From the IMG/VR virus record IMGVR_UViG_3300002461_001027, positions 8,637-72,636 of that record: a stretch of DNA of 64,000 nucleotides. One strand, written 5' to 3'. The notes beneath the pieces are model-generated. The model was not told the DNA's origin. It did not search any database and worked only from the letters and a program-made list of their open reading frames with translations. Source of the DNA: a virus. A program made the translations under genes and the position numbers. Of the stretch, positions 25,656 through 35,338 are shown in pieces; position 1 is the stretch's first letter, and every line of letters begins with the position of its first letter.

Positions 25656-26936
25656 ATGACTCCTGACACCGACTTCACCGACGAGCTGCGCACGTTCGCG
25701 AAGAAGATCATCGCGGGCAAGAAGGCCACGACCGACTGGCGCACCGGCATCGAGTTCCTGCGCCGCGTCCCGGGCTGGAAGGTGCAGGAGTTCACGGGCG
25801 CGCTGCCGCTGAAGGCGGACAACAACCTCGAAAAGCTGAGCCGTCGAGGGAAGGGTCCGCTCGGCGTGGACTCGACCAGCAGCTACCTCAGCTGGGACTA
25901 CAACCGGAAGGGCCTCCCCAAGGGGCTCTCGTTGTTCCTCGCGATGGTTCGTGGCGGTATCCCTGACCGGCCCTACGACTACGTGTCGCAGCTCAAGGAG
26001 CGCGTCGAGGTGGTCGGCGGCAAGGGTCCGACGCAGCCGCACGATGGCGTCGTCTATGTCGAGCGCTACGAGATGAAGGACCTCGACCCGTGGGAGCGCG
26101 GAGACTTCGAGCGCGTACTCGACGTCGGCAGCATGTGGTACGGCACGAAAGCCGCGACCATCACGGCGGCTGATGGAGCATCCGTCGTCGTGTACGAAGA
26201 GCCGAAGGCGAAGAACGAGTTCGGCGCCGCGAGCTTCTACACGTGGGCAGCGAAACACGGGCTCGCGGCTGCCGCGAAGATGCTCGGCGAAGGACTGGAG
26301 CCTTCCGCAGAGCAGCAGGACCGCGACCGTCTCGGTGGGACGCTCGACGAGACCGGCTTCTGCGCCGTCTGCGGTCGGCGGCAGAAGATGCACCACGTGA
26401 CGAAGAAGCAGCCGCTGCTCTACGAGCACGGCTACCAGATTCCGACAGAGGCGCTGCGTCAGGGCTGGGCGCCGCGCAAGGGCAGCTGCTTCGGCACCAA
26501 CTACCCGCCGTTCGAGGTCTCGTCGCGTGGCGCGGTGGAGTACCTCGCGTCGCTGCGCCACGGGCTCGCCATCCTGCGCGCCAACCTGCAAGACGCGAAG
26601 GCCTCGAAGCGCATCACCGAGACCGTGGCGCGGTCCGGGAACAAGGATGGGAGATGGCAGCGCTGGGAGGAAGAGGTCGTCTACACACCGTCGAGCCCTG
26701 AGTGGGCGGCGAAGCGCACGAAGCTCATCAACGCGTGCGAGCGCGACATCGAGAGCCAGCAGCGCGAGATTCGGCACTTCGAGGGCCGCATCGCCGCGTG
26801 GAAGCGTCTGGACACGTACGACGAGGCACAGGCGGGCGAGCGCTTCTACTTCGACAAGAAGCAGCCGCTGACGAAGAGCGAAGGCAGCAGCCTGCTCGAC
26901 GAAGCCATGCGCCGGTTGAAGGCCCTCGACGATTGA
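25656..26936 (+). CDS. hypothetical protein (426 aa; CAVCG...H..C motif)
   Basis: Start in the palindrome at 25651; long ORF with genome-typical codon usage. Confidence 0.75.
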   Translation: MTPDTDFTDELRTFAKKIIAGKKATTDWRTGIEFLRRVPGWKVQEFTGALPLKADNNLEKLSRRGKGPLGVDSTSSYLSWDYNRKGLPKGLSLFLAMVRGGIPDRPYDYVSQLKERVEVVGGKGPTQPHDGVVYVERYEMKDLDPWERGDFERVLDVGSMWYGTKAATITAADGASVVVYEEPKAKNEFGAASFYTWAAKHGLAAAAKMLGEGLEPSAEQQDRDRLGGTLDETGFCAVCGRRQKMHHVTKKQPLLYEHGYQIPTEALRQGWAPRKGSCFGTNYPPFEVSSRGAVEYLASLRHGLAILRANLQDAKASKRITETVARSGNKDGRWQRWEEEVVYTPSSPEWAAKRTKLINACERDIESQQREIRHFEGRIAAWKRLDTYDEAQAGERFYFDKKQPLTKSEGSSLLDEAMRRLKALDD

Positions 26937-26937
26937 T

Positions 26938-26967
26938 TTGACAAGCGTGGTAGGGGTCTGCTATACC
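26938..26967 (+). promoter_or_regulatory. phage promoter (same family)
   Basis: TTGACA AGCGTGGTAGGGGTCTGC TATACC. Confidence 0.65.
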
Positions 26968-27010
26968 TTCGGTCAGGCGCTCATCCCGGGCGCCTACCGG
27001 AGAGCAAGTC

Positions 27011-27379
27011 ATGACTCACATCGAACGCTTCGAGCAGCTGTTCAAGGACGTCGACTACCACGGCATCTACACCGTGGAGGCCATCCAGAAGAAGCTGGAC
27101 GACGCGGGCTTCAAGGTGAAGCTGAGCAAGAGCTGGAAGGTCACGAAGTCCTTCCTGAAGGACGTCCAGAAGGGCGGCGGCTGGTGCAACATCGCCGTCG
27201 GCACGCCCATCATCGACGGCAGCGCGCTCTCCTACGTGGTGCTGCACCACTTCAAGCTGACGAACCCGGAGAGCTTCGGCGGCCACGGACGCCAGTACCA
27301 CTCGGACCTCGCTGTCATCCGCGCCGAGATGGAGCGTCTCGATGCGCTCGACGCGTCCTCGCAGCACCCGGGCGCTTGA
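27011..27379 (+). CDS. hypothetical protein bounded exactly by two palindromes
   Basis: ATG in copy 27006, TGA overlapping copy 27378. Confidence 0.7.
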   Translation: MTHIERFEQLFKDVDYHGIYTVEAIQKKLDDAGFKVKLSKSWKVTKSFLKDVQKGGGWCNIAVGTPIIDGSALSYVVLHHFKLTNPESFGGHGRQYHSDLAVIRAEMERLDALDASSQHPGA

Positions 27380-27382
27380 GTC

Positions 27383-27613
27383 ATGACTGCCTCGACGCCT
27401 CACGACCCGCTCTTGCCTCACGTCGTCGTCTTCGCGCGGCGACAGCGCACGCAGGCGCTCACCTTCCTCATCCGTGATGTGCCAGACGGAGACGCCGAAG
27501 ACCTCGCTCGCGCTGCGTGCGCGCAGAAGCGCCTCGTCTACTTGAGCTGCGCTCGCTGCAAGACGACGACCCTTCTCGACGCCATCGACGCGAAGGACGT
27601 GCACACGCCCTGA
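27383..27613 (+). CDS. hypothetical protein (CARC)
   Basis: Start in palindrome 27378. Confidence 0.5.
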   Translation: MTASTPHDPLLPHVVVFARRQRTQALTFLIRDVPDGDAEDLARAACAQKRLVYLSCARCKTTTLLDAIDAKDVHTP

Positions 27614-27630
27614 GATTGCCACCCCCCGGC

Positions 27631-27668
27631 AGCCCGCCCTCGACGGACGTGAGGGCGGGCTTCTTTCT
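27631..27668 (+). terminator. Rho-independent terminator
   Basis: AGCCCGCCCTC-9 nt-GAGGGCGGGCT-TCTTTCT. Confidence 0.75.
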
Positions 27669-27678
27669 AGTCCTCCGT

Positions 27679-27708
27679 TGACAAGCGTGGTAGAGGACTG
27701 CTACAACC
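27679..27708 (+). promoter_or_regulatory. phage promoter (same family)
   Basis: TTGACA AGCGTGGTAGAGGACTGC TACAAC. Confidence 0.65.
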
Positions 27709-27727
27709 CAGTATTCAGGAGAGGGTC

Positions 27728-28009
27728 ATGGAGAACGTGAACAAGGTGCTGGAGCGCCAGCGACAGGAAGCTGCGAAGCGGCGAGAGCTGGAAGAGCGTG
27801 CGTTGGCGCGGCTCGTGCGCGCGTTCGATGCAAAGACGCCTTTCTGTGACGCCTGCGTCGAGGAACTGAACGGCGCCTCGGTGGCGCCGAGTCGACACCT
27901 CCACCACCCAGACGACATCGCGTGGACCGTGCAGCACATGGTGCAGGCTGCAGGCCCTGCACTCAAACGCCTCTACGCCGAGCGCAAGACGCGCGGGGAG
28001 GGGCGATGA
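27728..28009 (+). CDS. hypothetical protein
   Basis: GGAGAGG RBS. Confidence 0.6.
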   Translation: MENVNKVLERQRQEAAKRRELEERALARLVRAFDAKTPFCDACVEELNGASVAPSRHLHHPDDIAWTVQHMVQAAGPALKRLYAERKTRGEGR

Positions 28010-28413
28010 GCGAGAACCACGAGCACTCTTTCGTTGAGGCAGAGTGCATGGCTTGCGAGCTGTGCGGCCAGACCGACCGCGAGACGATTCTCCGCGCCGA
28101 GGTCGCGCGGCTGACGGAGGAGCTGCGTTCGGTGAACGGCGTGGACTGCGAGTGCGACGACGACATGACCGCCGATGGGCACTCGCGCGGCTGCGAGTAC
28201 GGCATCACGTTTCAGACCGCTCGTGCCGAAGCCGCCGAGGCCGAGGTCACCCGCCTCAAGGCCCGGCTCGCGACGGTGGCGGAGTTCATCGAACACGACG
28301 ACTGCGGCTACTGCGGTCTGCGGCTTATCGATAAGCGGGCGGGTTGCGCCGAGTGCGAGCCCGTGAAGTTGGCGCTCGGGTTTCGCGCGCCGCTCGTTAC
28401 GGAGGGGGAGTGA
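28006..28413 (+). CDS. Cys-rich coiled-coil hypothetical protein
   Basis: Several CxxC pairs; ATGA coupling. Confidence 0.6.
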   Translation: MSENHEHSFVEAECMACELCGQTDRETILRAEVARLTEELRSVNGVDCECDDDMTADGHSRGCEYGITFQTARAEAAEAEVTRLKARLATVAEFIEHDDCGYCGLRLIDKRAGCAECEPVKLALGFRAPLVTEGE

Positions 28414-28415
28414 CC

Positions 28416-29546
28416 ATGAACGACGGAACGTGGATATACGACCTGCGCTCCGAGCGCGACGCCCTCAAGGCCCGCGTGGCGAAATTGGAGGACAAACTCG
28501 CCCTCATTGAGGATTGGGGCAATCGTACCAACCAGACCGCGCTGAAGCTGGAAGCGCGAGCCGACGCCGCCGAGAAGCGCGCCGAGCAGGCCGAGGCCCG
28601 CATGGCGGACGGTGAACGCAGGCTCGCCGCTGAGATGACGCTCCGCAAGCTGGACCGTGGCGCAGCCCTCGCCGCTGAGAAGCGTGCTGAGCACCTCGAA
28701 TTCGAGGCGAGGCTTAACGCTCGCGTGCTGCGTCAGTGGATGGAGCGTGCCGAGCAGGTCGAGCAGTTGCTGGCAGCGGTCAAGCGTCGAGCTGATGAGT
28801 TGGACCGCGCCCTCAGCGACTCCATCGAGGCTGGCAAGCGGTACGCGGAGGAGCGCGACGAGGCACGGGCGGAGGCGGCGAACGCGCAGGCCGGGTACGC
28901 GGCATGTCGCGAGTGCGGCCACGGCTCTGGCGAGCACGGGCATTCTGGTTGCCACACCATCAACTGCGACTGCACCCGATTCGCCGGTCGCGCCCCCGAG
29001 GCGCGGTGTGGCTCGTGCGCTCCCGAGTTCGGGTGCTTCGATGGGTCGCGGCCGTGCGTGAAACCCGACGCCCCGCCGAGCCCCGACGTGCGTGACATGG
29101 CTAATGCACTGCAAGAGCAGGCCATCGAGAACCCCGCCGACGTGTCGCGACGTGAATTCCTCGCCCCGTCGTCTCAAGTCATGACTCGAACCCCGGAGAA
29201 CGACACCATGCAGACCATCGACCAGAAGCTCCACGCCATCATCGAGCTGCTCCTCGCCGCCAACATCATCGAGAGCCCGGACGAAGACGTCGCCACCAAG
29301 GTGAAGCACCTCGTCGAGGTGGCGAAGGCGCAGGACGGCTTGCTCGATGAGGTAAACAAGCTGCGCGCCGCCGTGGCCAACAAGGACATGCTGCTGCAGC
29401 GTGAGAAGGGTGAGCTGCTTACCGAGTTGAAGAAGCTGCACGAGGACACCCGGCGGCGCCACGCAGCGTGGTGTGGCTGCGACAAGCACTGCGGGCCCGA
29501 AGCGCGCCGAGACGAACTCATCCAGCGCATGGAGCGGACGTCATGA
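28416..29546 (+). CDS. coiled-coil/Cys-rich mosaic hypothetical protein
   Basis: Long heptad region, Cys clusters. Confidence 0.6.
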   Translation: MNDGTWIYDLRSERDALKARVAKLEDKLALIEDWGNRTNQTALKLEARADAAEKRAEQAEARMADGERRLAAEMTLRKLDRGAALAAEKRAEHLEFEARLNARVLRQWMERAEQVEQLLAAVKRRADELDRALSDSIEAGKRYAEERDEARAEAANAQAGYAACRECGHGSGEHGHSGCHTINCDCTRFAGRAPEARCGSCAPEFGCFDGSRPCVKPDAPPSPDVRDMANALQEQAIENPADVSRREFLAPSSQVMTRTPENDTMQTIDQKLHAIIELLLAANIIESPDEDVATKVKHLVEVAKAQDGLLDEVNKLRAAVANKDMLLQREKGELLTELKKLHEDTRRRHAAWCGCDKHCGPEARRDELIQRMERTS

Positions 29547-30223
29547 ACAGCGAGAAGTCGGAGCGGCGGCTGTACTGCGCCCGAGGCAGCACGGTCTACG
29601 TGGATGCCGCCGGTGCGCCGCTGGTGGCGCTCGTCACCTGCGTCTCCGACGCGGAGGCCGAGAAGCACACCGACCTGCTCAACACGATGACGCGTGACCT
29701 CCTCCTCGAAGTGCGCGCGGCGGAGAGCGACCGGGACCGGGCGCTCAAGCTGGTGTACCCGGAGCTGAGCGGCTTCGCGCGCCCGGTTGAGGCCTACGAG
29801 CACGCGAACGGCAAGCACACCGAAAAGCGCTCGAAGGACTGCCGCGTGTGCCAAGGCATCGTCGCCCGAGGCATCCTCACGCAGAAGCTCGACGTGGCCC
29901 GGCGACTGCTCAAGAAGCTGGAGTGGGCGCTGCCGGACGACTACCTCGAAGTGGACAGGGTGCGCACCCCGTGGCTCAAGTCCGAAGACATCCCGCGCTC
30001 CTTGCGCATGCTGACGATGACGCAGGGTGAGATTCACCAGCTCAAGGCGCTGATGAGCGACGCGAAGAGCGCGCCGTCGCTCGGCACCTCGAAGGTGAGC
30101 GACCTGCTGGAGGCGCTGCTCGACGACATCGAGGTGATGCACACCTCACAGCACGAAGACGCCATTCAAGCGTGCGCGCAGCACGCGAAGCAGCTCATCG
30201 AAACGTTCATCAAGGAGTCATGA
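29543..30223 (+). CDS. hypothetical protein
   Basis: Coupled; stop in palindrome 30215. Confidence 0.6.
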   Translation: MNSEKSERRLYCARGSTVYVDAAGAPLVALVTCVSDAEAEKHTDLLNTMTRDLLLEVRAAESDRDRALKLVYPELSGFARPVEAYEHANGKHTEKRSKDCRVCQGIVARGILTQKLDVARRLLKKLEWALPDDYLEVDRVRTPWLKSEDIPRSLRMLTMTQGEIHQLKALMSDAKSAPSLGTSKVSDLLEALLDDIEVMHTSQHEDAIQACAQHAKQLIETFIKES

Positions 30224-30226
30224 CTC

Positions 30227-30988
30227 ATGGGCATCATCCAAGAAGTCCTCAGCCACATCGAGAACGAGATCGACACGGCGCTCGGTACGCTGCGTACCGC
30301 AGCCCGGGAGCAGGAAGGTACGCTCGCCAACATCGTCGAAGAGCGCGACGCGCTGATTACGCGCAACACGCGCCTTCGAGCTGACGCAGAGCAGCGCTTG
30401 TTGGAGCTGCGTGACCTCAAGCACGAGGTCTCCGAGGTGCGGCGGGTCCTCAACAACGACTACTCGCTCCCGATGCACGCAACGGCGGCCGAGGTGCTCG
30501 CACCTGTCCGGAGCGCGAAGACGGCGCAGCGCCAGCGCGACGCTGCGTACGGCATCCTCATGGCGATGAAGCACCGCGACCTGCCCGACGGGCCGTGCTG
30601 GTGCTTCCTGTGGCCGGACGAAGAGGCGCCTGTCGAGGCGACGTACTCGCACGCGCTGCACTGCATCGCGGCCCGGGCGCTGCTCCTCGAAGGCAGCCAG
30701 TACGAGGCGCAGGTGAAGCTGCAGGGCTTCGTCCCGCCGAAGGGACCCTGCGACCACGTCTTCAGCGCGCCGGACGACTGCATGCTCTGCAGCCCGGACA
30801 AGGCCAAGCTCCGCGCCCTGCTCGCGGCGCTGGGCGGCCCGGACCGTCCTGCCGAGGTGCTCCAGAGACTCACGCAGACCATCCGCACGCTGTCGCAGAC
30901 CAACCCGGTAACCAGCGTTCTGTGCGGCGAGGTCGAGAAGATCATCGAAGTCGTCAAGCAGCTCGCCACCACGGAGAAGAAGTCATGA
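30227..30988 (+). CDS. hypothetical coiled-coil protein
   Basis: Lies between palindromes 30215 and 30980. Confidence 0.6.
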   Translation: MGIIQEVLSHIENEIDTALGTLRTAAREQEGTLANIVEERDALITRNTRLRADAEQRLLELRDLKHEVSEVRRVLNNDYSLPMHATAAEVLAPVRSAKTAQRQRDAAYGILMAMKHRDLPDGPCWCFLWPDEEAPVEATYSHALHCIAARALLLEGSQYEAQVKLQGFVPPKGPCDHVFSAPDDCMLCSPDKAKLRALLAALGGPDRPAEVLQRLTQTIRTLSQTNPVTSVLCGEVEKIIEVVKQLATTEKKS

Positions 30989-31944
30989 CTCAGCCGAAGC
31001 TCGAAGCGATGCAGTTCCACCCAGACGCGCGGTGGATCATCGAGCGCGTTGAAAAGGGCGGCTGGGCGCTCTCCTTCGCGCGGCCTGACGGCACCGTCGA
31101 CGAGCCGCTGCTCCGAGACCCCAGCTCCATCCCGCTCGCGGGCGTGGCGAAGGTGCTGAACCAGATGCACGAGGCGCTCGTCTGGGCGCAGTCGGTCGAG
31201 AAGGCCATGCACAGCGCGACCGAGACCTGCCGCGAGAACCGCGTCGCCGGTCGCGGGCTCTGCGGCGCATGCTCGGACTGCGTCATGCACTGGAAGAAAG
31301 AGTACGAGCAGTTGTGCGAGCAAGTGCACAAAGGCGGTGGGCGCTGGGGCCACATCTACGAAGACCAGTACTGCATCATCTGCGGTCACGACGGACCGGT
31401 CGAAGAAGCGCGCCTGTGCGAGCCCGAGCAGCGCTTCAAGGAGCTGCGTGACGCGCACTTCGGCACGAACTCACTCAACCCGGGTGCGGTCGGCTACGCG
31501 CACCTCTGGGAGCAAAAGGCGAAGGAGCTGGAGGCGCAGAACGCCGAGCTGGAGAAGAAACTCGCCACGCTCGCGACCTCGGACGCGTTCATCGCGAAGC
31601 TGCAGCGCTCGCTCTCGAAGGCGCTCGACTACTCCGAGGTCCTGCGTCACGGCCTCGACGAGATTGCCGGGACGTTCATGCCCGACCCGCTGGAACCGCA
31701 GGACGCGGACGCAGCGAAGGCGCGCGCCACGCTCGACAAGGCGAACGACGTGCTCGGTGGCTCGGTCGAGCTGCAGCGCCGCCCGGCGGACGTACTGGAG
31801 CAGGCAGCGCGCCTCGCGAAGATGCACCTCCACGGCATCTCCCTCCCGGAGCTGCCGCGTCACGTCGCGCGGCGGTTCGGAGCTGCGTGGAAGGTGCTCT
31901 CGGACACCCTCGACAGCCTCGACGCCCCGGAGAAGAAGTCATGA
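30985..31944 (+). CDS. hypothetical coiled-coil protein
   Basis: Start in palindrome 30980, stop in 31936. Confidence 0.6.
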   Translation: MTQPKLEAMQFHPDARWIIERVEKGGWALSFARPDGTVDEPLLRDPSSIPLAGVAKVLNQMHEALVWAQSVEKAMHSATETCRENRVAGRGLCGACSDCVMHWKKEYEQLCEQVHKGGGRWGHIYEDQYCIICGHDGPVEEARLCEPEQRFKELRDAHFGTNSLNPGAVGYAHLWEQKAKELEAQNAELEKKLATLATSDAFIAKLQRSLSKALDYSEVLRHGLDEIAGTFMPDPLEPQDADAAKARATLDKANDVLGGSVELQRRPADVLEQAARLAKMHLHGISLPELPRHVARRFGAAWKVLSDTLDSLDAPEKKS

Positions 31945-32207
31945 CTCGACTGAAGCGCGCGTGGAACCGCATCATTGACGGTGCACATGACGTCGAGTCC
32001 TTCCTCTTCGACGAGCACCTGTGGCTTGGCGTCATCGTCCTCTTCGGAGCCCTCCTCTTCTGCTCGGTGGGCGCCGTCCTGCTCACGCGTACGTCGAGCG
32101 GCGACCGGGTCGCCGAGTGCGTCGCCGCGTGCAAGGCGGAAGACCTCGTCATGCGCGAGGTCGTCGTCATCGGCGACGAGCACTGCAGCTGCGAGGTGCG
32201 GCGATGA
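31941..32207 (+). CDS. small membrane protein with Cys-rich C-terminus
   Basis: LWLGVIVLFGALLFCSVGAVLL; CVAAC..CSC. Confidence 0.6.
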   Translation: MTRLKRAWNRIIDGAHDVESFLFDEHLWLGVIVLFGALLFCSVGAVLLTRTSSGDRVAECVAACKAEDLVMREVVVIGDEHCSCEVRR

Positions 32208-32428
32208 GCCACACGACTGAAGACGTCGTAGAGCTGGTACGCGCCCTGCGTGCGGCGCGAGAAGAGCTGCACTGTACGCCGCAGAACCAGAAGGAGCTGT
32301 ACGAGATGGCTCCGGGCGAGTTCGCGTGGGGGCACTGGTGCCCGCACTGCGACAACAGCGTCGACCGCAACGGAGAGCTGCGTAAGCGCATCGACGCCGC
32401 TCTCGACAAGTTCAAGGAGCTGCCGTGA
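32204..32428 (+). CDS. hypothetical protein (WCPHC)
   Basis: Coupled ORF. Confidence 0.55.
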   Translation: MSHTTEDVVELVRALRAAREELHCTPQNQKELYEMAPGEFAWGHWCPHCDNSVDRNGELRKRIDAALDKFKELP

Positions 32429-32516
32429 AGCCGAGAGGCGTGACTCAAGAAGGACTGGCGTCAAGCTCGTAATCGTGGTAAGGGTACCCCCCTACACACT
32501 TCACGGGAGGGGTCCC

Positions 32517-32879
32517 ATGAGACAGACCATCGTTGAGCGGAAGAAGGAAGCAGGGAAGCGGGCGGTGCGCATCCTCGGATGCGGGCACAGCGTCGAGGAG
32601 CCGCACGGCTCGAAGGCGCACCTCGCGACGTGGGCCGACTGCAAGCAGTGCGACGCTTCGCGTGTCACGCCGGGGCGCGACTTGCGCGACGCCATCAAGG
32701 TGAAGCAGTTCGCGGACGGCGGAACCGAGATGTCGGTGAAGCCGGGCAGCGGCATCGACCTGCGCAACCACATGCCGAAGCCCGCGCCGGTGACGCGCAA
32801 GGCCGAGAAGAAGGCTGCAACGCCGCCTCCGGCCTCGTCGCCGCTCGACGAGCTGAACCGCCGCTTCCGGAACCTGTGA
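32517..32879 (+). CDS. hypothetical protein (CGH...CKQC)
   Basis: GGAGG RBS. Confidence 0.55.
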   Translation: MRQTIVERKKEAGKRAVRILGCGHSVEEPHGSKAHLATWADCKQCDASRVTPGRDLRDAIKVKQFADGGTEMSVKPGSGIDLRNHMPKPAPVTRKAEKKAATPPPASSPLDELNRRFRNL

Positions 32880-32881
32880 CC

Positions 32882-33385
32882 ATGAGCGATGCCATCACTC
32901 AGGGCTACGAGATGTCACGTCAGGGACTGCGCCTCTACGTCGCCTCCTCGTGGCGGAACGAGCAGCAGCCGGACGTCGTGAAGGCGCTCCGGGAGGCCGG
33001 GCACGAGGTCTACGACTTCAGGCACCCGGCGCCCGGTGTCGAGGGCTTCAGCTGGTCGAGCATCGACGAGCACTGGCTCAAGTGGACGCCTGAGCAGTTC
33101 CGCGATGCGCTCCAGCACCCCATCGCGCAGGCCGGGTTCGCGCACGACATGAAAGCGCTCCGGGACTGCGAGGCCTGCGTGCTCGTGCTCCCCTGCGGCC
33201 GCTCAGCGCACCTCGAAGCGGGCTGGGCTGCTGGTGCAGGGAAGGCTGTCTTCGTGCTCGCCACGACGCTGCCCGAGCCCGAGCTGATGTACCTCATGAA
33301 CGGTGTGCAGGGTGGCATCGTGCTCGACGTGGCCGAGCTGCGGCTGCGCCTCGCGCAGGTGCAGAACTTCCGGGAGCAGCTCTGA
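32882..33385 (+). CDS. nucleoside 2-deoxyribosyltransferase-like protein
   Basis: LYVASSWRN...GHEVYDF...DMKALRDCEACVLVLPCGRSAHLEAGWAAG.GK (D and E catalytic positions). Confidence 0.8.
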   Translation: MSDAITQGYEMSRQGLRLYVASSWRNEQQPDVVKALREAGHEVYDFRHPAPGVEGFSWSSIDEHWLKWTPEQFRDALQHPIAQAGFAHDMKALRDCEACVLVLPCGRSAHLEAGWAAGAGKAVFVLATTLPEPELMYLMNGVQGGIVLDVAELRLRLAQVQNFREQL

Positions 33386-33446
33386 CGGCTGCGGGAGTCA
33401 TGACTCGGGGTTGACCAAGGGGCGTGGGGCCGGGTTTACTGGCTCC

Positions 33447-33836
33447 ATGTCCTCCTTTTCCGGCATCTTTGGCAGCAGCCCGGGCGGCTTCCTCGGCGCC
33501 GCGCTCGACCCGTCGCACCACCCCTTCAAGCGCTCGGCGAAGCGCCCCGGCGGGCCCGGGAAGCGCCCCGACAAGCAGGCCTACAAGTGGCAGTGCGAGT
33601 GGATGCCGCCCGCGAAGGGCGCCTACCGCCAGAAGTGCTACGACGTCACGAAGCCCGGCAACAAGCCGAAGATCGTGAAGATCCCGAAGGCCAAGAAGAA
33701 GCGCTACAACAAGCTCTACCGCGCCGGGAAGTTCCCCCGGGCGCGCCGCTTCAAGGTCGACAAGGTGCACGCCGGGGCGGCCTACGCGCCGCGTAAGTCC
33801 CGCACGTGGGCGAAGGCGTCCAAGAAGAAGCGCTGA
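33447..33836 (+). CDS. Lys/Arg-rich basic protein
   Basis: Very basic composition, MSSFSGIFG start. Confidence 0.6.
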   Translation: MSSFSGIFGSSPGGFLGAALDPSHHPFKRSAKRPGGPGKRPDKQAYKWQCEWMPPAKGAYRQKCYDVTKPGNKPKIVKIPKAKKKRYNKLYRAGKFPRARRFKVDKVHAGAAYAPRKSRTWAKASKKKR

Positions 33837-33860
33837 GCCGTGGGCACTCCGTCTACCAAC

Positions 33861-34106
33861 ATGAAGGACTTCTTCCGCGCCGTGCGTGAGCTGGCGCGGA
33901 AGCACGGCCTCAAGGCGCACATCATCGTGGGCGTGGAGATGGAGCAGGAGCCAAGCTCCGTGCGCATCGCCAGCGACGCCCAGCACACGTTCATCGGGAA
34001 GGACAGGAAGTTCCTGAAGCGCTGCTACGACGCGATGGAGGAGTCGTCGGACCTGACCCTCACGCAGCTGGAGCAGGCGGACAACGAGCGGGGAATGGTG
34101 AACTGA
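33861..34106 (+). CDS. hypothetical protein
   Basis: Coupled ORF. Confidence 0.55.
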   Translation: MKDFFRAVRELARKHGLKAHIIVGVEMEQEPSSVRIASDAQHTFIGKDRKFLKRCYDAMEESSDLTLTQLEQADNERGMVN

Positions 34107-34657
34107 TGCGTGCTGCGTTCGCAGGGCTGCTGGGCACCACGAAGTGCGCCGAGTGCTCGCGTTGTGGCGGCACAGGGCGCATCCAGCACTTCAGCTGGTA
34201 CGCCAACGGCGTGTGCTTCTGGTGCAAGGGCACCGGCTGTGAGCCGAAGGATCCGCCCAAGGGGCGAGGCCGCGTCGCGGAGACCACGCCGCGCATGAAG
34301 AAGCCGTGGCAGGTGCGCGACAGCAGCGGGTACATCGCGCTCATCAAGAACTGGCTGCGCCACACCTTTGAGTCTGCTGGCGGCTACGACAGCTTTGAGA
34401 GCCCGGACGACTTCGAGAAGCAGCGCTGGTTTCAGATCGCCCTGAACCTGCAGTACCTCGCCATGGCGTCCGACCAGACGCTCTACGCGCGGTCGGTGAA
34501 GCGAGCTTTCGAGTACGCGCGCGCGAGCAGCTGGAAGAAGGCGGCGGCGACGCTGGACATGGACCTCGGAACGCAGGTCACCTCGATGTACCAGTACTTC
34601 GACGTGCCTAGCGACGTCTCCTTCGACGTGCCCGGCGTCTTCAGGTACTCGCTGTAG
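34106..34657 (+). CDS. protein with DnaJ-type CxxCxGxG zinc finger
   Basis: CSRCGGTG...CFWCKGTG. Confidence 0.65.
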   Translation: MRAAFAGLLGTTKCAECSRCGGTGRIQHFSWYANGVCFWCKGTGCEPKDPPKGRGRVAETTPRMKKPWQVRDSSGYIALIKNWLRHTFESAGGYDSFESPDDFEKQRWFQIALNLQYLAMASDQTLYARSVKRAFEYARASSWKKAAATLDMDLGTQVTSMYQYFDVPSDVSFDVPGVFRYSL

Positions 34658-34865
34658 GCGCCTTCTTGCCCGGGCAGCGAGCGCGGGCTGGTGAACTAGG
34701 CGGCGTGTGGCGTTCGAGCACGTCGTGCTGGCATGCGCTGCGATTCAGGTTGTTCCAGCACCCGGCCCCGCACAGGTCGCACGCGTCTCCGTTGCAGAGC
34801 TTGCAGTCGGGCCCCGGACAGGTGGGCTCGAAGCTCTCCGGAGAACGCAGCGGGCGAGACCTCAC
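34641..34865 (-). CDS. small Cys-rich protein
   Basis: GTG start; CPGPDCKLCNGDACDLCGAGC; ends RCPGKKAPTA like its neighbour. Confidence 0.4.
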   Translation of the reverse strand: MRSRPLRSPESFEPTCPGPDCKLCNGDACDLCGAGCWNNLNRSACQHDVLERHTPPSSPARARCPGKKAPTAST

Positions 34866-34894
34866 GCGGTCGGCGCCTTCTTGCCCGGGCAGCG
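34657..34894. repeat. 23-bp direct repeat GGCGCCTTCTTGCCCGGGCAGCG
   Basis: Copies at 34657-34679 and 34872-34894. Confidence 0.85.
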
Positions 34895-35137
34895 CTGCTC
34901 GTGCCGCTCGCGGATGAAGGGCATCTGGCCTGCCCGTGTGCACGGCACGAGCGTCTTGCAGATGTCGCACTGCCAGCCCGTGAGCACGTAACCCTCGGGC
35001 ACCGGCGCGTCGACTGGGAGCATCTGCGCCGGAGGCCTGCGTCGCTTCAGGTCGCGCGTGTGCGACCAGAGCAAGACGCCACGCACGACAGCCCAGAGCA
35101 GCACGAGTGCCACGGCGAAGAACTCCGGAGGCATCAA
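34862..35137 (-). CDS. small TM plus Zn-finger protein
   Basis: FFAVALVLLWAVVRGVLLW; CDIC..C. Confidence 0.5.
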   Translation of the reverse strand: MMPPEFFAVALVLLWAVVRGVLLWSHTRDLKRRRPPAQMLPVDAPVPEGYVLTGWQCDICKTLVPCTRAGQMPFIRERHEQRCPGKKAPTA

Positions 35138-35338
35138 TCACTTCCTCCAGCTGTCAGCGCCGGGGAAGAGCTTGGCGTTCACGCTGGGCATGCGGTCGGT
35201 GAGTTCACCGCACTCGCGAGGCGCGGCGGAGTCCTTGTCGAGCTGCGCCGGACAGAAGCGCGCCTTGTCGATGTCGCTCAGCTTCAGCAGCGCTTCGTGC
35301 TCGTGGCCCTTGGGGCAGCGGAACGTGTAGAGAGGCAT
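35138..35338 (-). CDS. FmdB-family zinc-ribbon protein
   Basis: MPLYTFRCPKGH.HE.L...CP...CG. Confidence 0.75.
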   Translation of the reverse strand: MPLYTFRCPKGHEHEALLKLSDIDKARFCPAQLDKDSAAPRECGELTDRMPSVNAKLFPGADSWRK

